From NCBI GenBank assembly GCA_038060895.1, contig JBBTCT010000007.1:164023-228022 (forward strand): 64,000 nt of DNA, written 5' to 3'. The stretch comes from Planctomycetota bacterium. Lineage in GTDB: Bacteria; Planctomycetota; MHYJ01; WSZJ01. Positions within the stretch are counted from its first letter, which is position 1. Each line of letters opens with the position of its first letter. Below the pieces are notes generated by a model. That model saw nothing but the letters and a program-made list of their open reading frames with translations, had not been told where the DNA came from and did no database searches. Below are positions 58,926 through 64,000 of this stretch, one piece after another. Made by a program: the position numbers and the translations under genes.

Positions 58926-60239
58926 CTACCTCGCGAAGGAGACGCGGTTCATGATAAATCCCGTGAGGAGCTTCGGGTAGAAGTCCGTGGACTTCTGCGG
59001 CATGCGCTCCCCTTTTTCGCTGATCACCTTGACTTCGGAGAGTCTGGTCGGATTCAGGAGGAAGGCGGCCTGGGCTTTGGGAAGCGCGGCCCAGACTTCG
59101 TCGGCGTGGCGCGCGTAGGAGACGTGCTGCTCCTTCTCGACCATTTCGGGCGTGATGCCGAGCGCGCGGTCGAGGAGCAGCGAGTGCAGGATCGCGACGT
59201 CGAGCTTCTTCCACTCGGGAGCGCGCTTCTCCTTGATCTCGGTCTCCGCCAGGTTCTCGTCCTTGAGCGTGAGGAGCCACAGCCCGCCCGCGGGGGTCGC
59301 GAAGCCAAAGCAGTGCTTCACCTGCCCCTCGATGCGCAGGTCCTCGACGAGCTCGCGGCGCTGGGCGTCGGACGCGGGGCCGTAGTCCTTCGCGTCGAAG
59401 TGCGGCGCTATTTTCTTGAGGAAGTCCTTCGCGTCGAAGTGGGCCAGGCCGCTGACGAGCCGGTGCGTCGGGAAGATCACCATTCCGGGATCTTCCATGT
59501 TGATGAACGTCATCATGCGGCGGTCGTACGTCTCTTCGCCGTCGCACTTGAGCCCCTGCTTCGCGCATTCCGCGCGGTACTGGAGCGCGACTTCGTACCG
59601 GTGATGCCCGTCCGCGATGAAGATGTCGCGCTTCGCGAGATCCGCCTGCACCGCCGCGATCGCCTTCGGGTCGGTCACGCGCCACGCGCGGTGCACTTCG
59701 CCGTAGTCGTCCTTCGCCTCGAGCGTCGGCGGCCCCTTTGTAAATGGGTCCAGCGCCGCGTTCGCCGCGTTCTTCGGGTCGCTGTACAGCATGAAAATGT
59801 GCCCTTCCGTCAGCCCGCGCGTCGCGTTCATCAGCGCGAAGCGGTCCTTCCTCGGCGCCGCGAGCGTCTTCTCGTGCGCGTGCACCCCGCCCTTGCCGAA
59901 TTCCGCCAGCTCGCCAATCGCGACGAACCCCTTGCGCGTCCGCGTCTCGCCGTTGAACTGGAACACCTGGTGCGAGATCCACACCGCCGGTTCGTTCTCG
60001 CGCACGATCGTCCCGTCCGCAAGCCACGCCTCCAGCGTCTTCCCCGCCTCGGCGTACTTGTCCTTCCCCGCCTCGTCCTTCGTCTTCGCGATCCGCACGA
60101 TGTGCTTCGGGTGCCGCGCGTAGTACTCCGACCGCTTCGCGTCGTTGATCTTGTCGTACGGCTGGCTCACCACGCTGTCGAGCGAGCCGACCTTGGCGAC
60201 GTCAAAGTGCAGGGCTCGGAACGGGAAGACGCGGGGCAT
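58926..60239 (-). CDS. DUF1015 family protein
   Basis: PFRA, PYDKI, HEKT, IADGHHRY, FPTHR, MPQKSTDFYPKLLTG. Confidence 0.93.
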   Translation of the reverse strand: MPRVFPFRALHFDVAKVGSLDSVVSQPYDKINDAKRSEYYARHPKHIVRIAKTKDEAGKDKYAEAGKTLEAWLADGTIVRENEPAVWISHQVFQFNGETRTRKGFVAIGELAEFGKGGVHAHEKTLAAPRKDRFALMNATRGLTEGHIFMLYSDPKNAANAALDPFTKGPPTLEAKDDYGEVHRAWRVTDPKAIAAVQADLAKRDIFIADGHHRYEVALQYRAECAKQGLKCDGEETYDRRMMTFINMEDPGMVIFPTHRLVSGLAHFDAKDFLKKIAPHFDAKDYGPASDAQRRELVEDLRIEGQVKHCFGFATPAGGLWLLTLKDENLAETEIKEKRAPEWKKLDVAILHSLLLDRALGITPEMVEKEQHVSYARHADEVWAALPKAQAAFLLNPTRLSEVKVISEKGERMPQKSTDFYPKLLTGFIMNRVSFAR

Positions 60240-60404
60240 CGGGGCTCCGGGGGATCTCGAGGAGGGGTGATTGTGTCGAAGGGGGCGGGGGTGTCAATGC
60301 GCGGATGAACCGCCCCGGCAGATCCGTGTCACTTCCACCGTCCCCCCGTTCGCCAGCCATCGGTCAACGGCATTCCCTCGCCCAGCGCGCCGAGCGGGTC
60401 GGGA

Positions 60405-61970
60405 TCAATGCCTGAAGTGCCGCATCCCCGTGATCACCATCGGCACCCCGGCCTTCTTCGCGACCTCGATCACGACGTCGTCCCGCATCGATCCGCCCGG
60501 CTGGATGACGCTGGTCACGCCGGCCTGAAGCGCGAGCTCCAGCGCATCGGGGAACGGGAAGAAGGCATCGCTCGCACAAGCCGCGCCCTTCGCGCGATCT
60601 CCGGCCTTCCAGCACGCGATGCGCGCGCTGTCCACTCGAGACATCTGCCCGGCGCCGACGCCGACGACCATGCGGTCCTTTGCGAAGACGATGGCGTTGG
60701 ACTTCACGTGCTTGCAGACGGTCCAGGCGAACTCAAGGTCGGCCCACTGGGCGTCGGTCGGCTTGCCGCACGGGTACTGGACTTCCGGTGACATAAGCGC
60801 GTCGTCCTTGGTCTGGAGGAGCGCGCCGCCGGTCACGGGACGGACGTCCACTCGCACCTGCCCGCCCGACTTCGTGATGTCCCCCGTCTCCATCAGCCGC
60901 ACGTTCTTGCCCCACTTGGCGCCGGTCTGAAGCTGCTTCAGCGCGTCCGGCGCGAAGCTCGGCGCGACGATTGCCTCGAAGAACTGGTTCGGCGCGGTCA
61001 TCGCCTTCGCCGCGGCCATGTCCACCGGGCGGTTGCACGCGACAATCCCGCCGAACGCGCTCACGGAATCGCCCTGCACGGCCTTGCCGAAGGCATCTTC
61101 AAGTGAAGCGCCCATCGCGCAGCCGCAGGGATTGTTGTGCTTGATGACGGCGACGGCGGGGGCGTCGGTGAATTCCCGGACGAGCTCGAGGGCGGCGTCG
61201 CAGTCGAGGATGTTGTTGAAGGAGAGTTCCTTGCCTGAAAGCTGGCGGGCGACACCGATGCCGGACTTCGCCGATGGGTCCCGGTAGAACGCGGCCTTCT
61301 GGTGCGGGTTTTCGCCGTACCTCAGGTCCTCAACCTTGGTCCACGACGCGGCTAGCGTCTTCGGGAAGGTTTCGGCGCCGTCCTGCCGGGCGAGCCAGGC
61401 CGAGATCGCCGCGTCGTACGCCGCCGTGCGCGAGAACGCCTCCTTCGCGAGGCGGAAGCGCATGTCCCGGGGCACTTCCCCGCCCGATTTCTTCATCGCC
61501 TCGGCCACTTCGGCATACTGCGCGGGGCTCGTCACGACGGCGACGTGCTCCCAGTTTTTCGACGCCGAACGGATCATCGCGGGGCCGCCGATGTCGATGT
61601 TCTCGATCGCGTCTTCGAGGGTGACGCCGGACTTCGCGACCGTTTCTTCGAAGCGGTACAGGTTGACGCACACGAGGTCGATGGTCCCGAATCTCTGTGC
61701 GGCCATCTGCTCGACGTGCTTCGGGTCGTCGCGCCGGGCGAGGATACCGCCGTGGACCTTGGGATGCAGGGTCTTGACGCGTCCGCCCAGGATCTCGGGC
61801 TGGCCGGTGTAGTCGGCAATCTCGACGACCTTGATGCCGCCGTCGGCCAGCACCTTCGCGGTGCCGCCGGTCGAGAGAAGCTCGACGCCCAGGGACACCA
61901 GCGTCTTCGCGAAATCGAGAAGGCCGGACTTGTCGGTGACGCTGAGGATCGCGCGCTGAACTTTTGCCAT
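60405..61970 (-). CDS. purH: Bifunctional AICAR transformylase / IMP cyclohydrolase
   Basis: SVTDK, STGGT, GRVKTLHP, IDIGGP, RYGENPHQ, SAFGG, GAGQMSRVDS, RHFRH. Confidence 0.99.
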   Translation of the reverse strand: MAKVQRAILSVTDKSGLLDFAKTLVSLGVELLSTGGTAKVLADGGIKVVEIADYTGQPEILGGRVKTLHPKVHGGILARRDDPKHVEQMAAQRFGTIDLVCVNLYRFEETVAKSGVTLEDAIENIDIGGPAMIRSASKNWEHVAVVTSPAQYAEVAEAMKKSGGEVPRDMRFRLAKEAFSRTAAYDAAISAWLARQDGAETFPKTLAASWTKVEDLRYGENPHQKAAFYRDPSAKSGIGVARQLSGKELSFNNILDCDAALELVREFTDAPAVAVIKHNNPCGCAMGASLEDAFGKAVQGDSVSAFGGIVACNRPVDMAAAKAMTAPNQFFEAIVAPSFAPDALKQLQTGAKWGKNVRLMETGDITKSGGQVRVDVRPVTGGALLQTKDDALMSPEVQYPCGKPTDAQWADLEFAWTVCKHVKSNAIVFAKDRMVVGVGAGQMSRVDSARIACWKAGDRAKGAACASDAFFPFPDALELALQAGVTSVIQPGGSMRDDVVIEVAKKAGVPMVITGMRHFRH

Positions 61971-62067
61971 CGGTGCCATTCCTTTCCTGCTCCCGCGTTG
62001 CGACGGAGCGCGCGGATTGAAATTCACCGCGGCGATTTCGGGAAAGGAAATGCGGAAGGCGTCCCTT

Positions 62068-62652
62068 CTAATCCACGCGGAACGTCACTTCCCCCTCGAT
62101 CTTCGTCTTCTCCTTGTCCCCGCGCTTGATGGTCAGGACCATCACGTACTCCCCCTTCTTCAGCATCGCCTTCACCGTCGCGACTTTCTTCTCCCCGCCG
62201 ATCGACGCGTCCTGGATCTTTCCTTCATCGTCCGAAACGAATTCGCCGTCCTTCGAGGAGCCGTGGGACAGCTTCGCCTGGGCGCCTGCGACGTCCGTCA
62301 CGCGCACCTCGTCCGGCTTCGCGTCCTTGTCCACCACAATCTGGAACACCTCGATGTCCAGCGCCGCTTCCGATCCGCCCTTGACGGTCCCTTTCACGGC
62401 ACGGACCACGATCTTGTAGTCTCCGACCATCTTTCCGCAGGTCAGCCGGTCCTTTTCGCAGTAGGGACACGACTTCTCGGTATCCGCCGTCTGGGTCCAG
62501 TTGTCCTTCGCGCACGGGCACCAGTACACCGTTACCTGGTCCGTGCCCAGGATCTCGCGGTTGTCGGGTTTGACTTTTTCGTCGGCCGAGGTGGGAAGGG
62601 TTGCCGCCAGGGCGGCAACGGCCAGGGCGAAGCGCAGGAAATGGCGGGGCAT
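62068..62652 (-). CDS. Hypothetical secreted protein with a Cys-rich (metal-binding-like) segment
   Basis: Signal peptide; YWCPC...CPYC...TCGK; AAGGAG RBS. Confidence 0.75.
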   Translation of the reverse strand: MPRHFLRFALAVAALAATLPTSADEKVKPDNREILGTDQVTVYWCPCAKDNWTQTADTEKSCPYCEKDRLTCGKMVGDYKIVVRAVKGTVKGGSEAALDIEVFQIVVDKDAKPDEVRVTDVAGAQAKLSHGSSKDGEFVSDDEGKIQDASIGGEKKVATVKAMLKKGEYVMVLTIKRGDKEKTKIEGEVTFRVD

Positions 62653-62685
62653 GGAAGGCTCCTTGCGAAGTGAAGGTTCCTGATT

Positions 62686-64000
62686 CTACCGTTTCTCGGT
62701 CAGCATGGACTCCAACGCCGCTTCAGCGACGTAAATTTCGTCGTTCTGGGCCATCGACAGAAGATTGATCCGTCTCTCGCGCGAGCGGTTGCGGCCGATG
62801 GCGTCGGCGGCGCGATAACGCACCAGCATGGAAGGGTCTTTCAGGACGTATTCGCCGAGGGCCATGAAGGCGTCGTGGGAGCCGGCCGCTCCCAGGGCGT
62901 CCATGGCGAGTGCCCGGACTCCGGTTTCCGGGTGGGTGGCCGCGACTTTCAGGTCCGGGAGGGCCTTGGCGGCTGCGGCATCGAGCTCGTACCAGCGGGC
63001 GGTGTTCAGAGTCGCACCCTTGCGAATCGACTCGAACTCCTCGGCTTGCTGGCGGAGTTGTCTCTGCAGTTCTCCTTCGGCGGTCGCGACCTTGAACACT
63101 GTTCCGGCCAGCATTGCGAAGCCCGCAAACGCAAGCGCGCCTGCCGCACGCCGTAGTCCCCGGCCGCGCAGAAAGACGACGCCCGCGGCGACCCAGAGAC
63201 CGTAGCTGCCGAGGAGCACGGCCGGACCGAGGAATACGACTAGCGAATTAGCCAGTCTCGCCACGTCGCGCAGGGAATGGCGGCGGTCGGCGCGCGCGTT
63301 GGCGGCGTTCAGGGCGGCGTTGAAGATGTTCACGCGCGCGTCGCCGCTCTTTGCAAGCGCCTCGGCCTGCATGAACTGGCCGCTCGACGCTTCCGGAAAT
63401 ATTTTCTCGAGTTCCCCGCGCGACATCGCCATGAATTCCAGCGACCGCATCGGGTCCGACGCCTTCAGCTCCCGGGCCGCCTCGAGGACCCACGGGCCGC
63501 CGTCCTCGTTGTAGACGAGCAGGGTATAGCCCCGGCCGCGCGCGAGTTTCAGGAAGTCTTCCTTGTTCTGCGCCATGGCGCCCGCGAACCGGTATTCGGT
63601 CACCGGAAATCCGCGGGGGATCGGCCCGGCAAACAGCAGCGTATTGCGCGTGTTCAGCTCCGGCGGACGGAGCGCGAATGAGGAAAGCGCCGTGTGGCGA
63701 TAGTAAAACGTGGCGAGCGTCTCGCCGGCCCTCGTCCCGTAGAGCGCGCGGTCGCGGATGCCGCGGTAGACGTCGCTTCCGCTCAGCAATGTCGCGGGGA
63801 CCCCGGCCGAAAGGACCACGGCGGCCACGCCGATCGCCCAGCGCTTGCCGTGCGCGGGGGCGCGGCCGCTGGCGAGTAGAGCGCGAAATCCGGCGTAGAC
63901 GGCCCACGCGGTGAGCGGAGCGAGTACGCCGGCCACGAGCCCCGGCACCGCGACGCCCGGCGAGACAAGCGCCATCGGGAAAACGATGCACGCGGTGAGC
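62686..64000 (-). CDS. Membrane protein with C-terminal HEAT repeats; 5' end outside the window
   Basis: Frame open to the window edge; several TMs; HPETGVRALAMDALG, DPSMLVRYRAADAIG. Confidence 0.75.
   Translation of the reverse strand, partial: LTACIVFPMALVSPGVAVPGLVAGVLAPLTAWAVYAGFRALLASGRAPAHGKRWAIGVAAVVLSAGVPATLLSGSDVYRGIRDRALYGTRAGETLATFYYRHTALSSFALRPPELNTRNTLLFAGPIPRGFPVTEYRFAGAMAQNKEDFLKLARGRGYTLLVYNEDGGPWVLEAARELKASDPMRSLEFMAMSRGELEKIFPEASSGQFMQAEALAKSGDARVNIFNAALNAANARADRRHSLRDVARLANSLVVFLGPAVLLGSYGLWVAAGVVFLRGRGLRRAAGALAFAGFAMLAGTVFKVATAEGELQRQLRQQAEEFESIRKGATLNTARWYELDAAAAKALPDLKVAATHPETGVRALAMDALGAAGSHDAFMALGEYVLKDPSMLVRYRAADAIGRNRSRERRINLLSMAQNDEIYVAEAALESMLTEKR

Noticed and set aside
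61971-62067. ZTP or purine riboswitch upstream of purH
   Set aside because: The gap is short and no recognisable aptamer consensus was seen.

Overview
High-GC bacterial chromosomal segment, read by eye with no searches run; gene style suggests a Planctomycetota-like diderm (inference). Both ends carry housekeeping or accessory genes: an SDR epimerase, carB, a UvrD-type helicase, a FabZ-like dehydratase, dapF, a UbiB kinase, an ABC transporter, citrate synthase with a LysR regulator, pepC, a class V aminotransferase, DUF1015 and purH. The centre (10.0-40.4 kb, all minus strand) holds a large poly-gamma-glutamate (PGA)-type polymer locus: response regulator, degenerate CHASE2 histidine kinase, double-PgsC/CapC fusion, 1413-aa membrane-anchored protein, 1966-aa secreted protein ending in a probable outer-membrane beta-barrel, HEAT-repeat protein and PgsB/CapB ligase. 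An ~8.8 kb island splits this locus. It contains a sigma54 activator and -24/-12 promoter upstream of a cassette of four small paralogous beta-sandwich proteins, a phage tail-fibre-like protein and a methyltransferase, plus a lower-GC Pro/Cys-rich protein and an orphan GspG-like gene. Many intergenic gaps hold long hairpins built of 6-8 nt tandem repeats. No rRNA, tRNA, CRISPR array, integrase or transposase was recognised.
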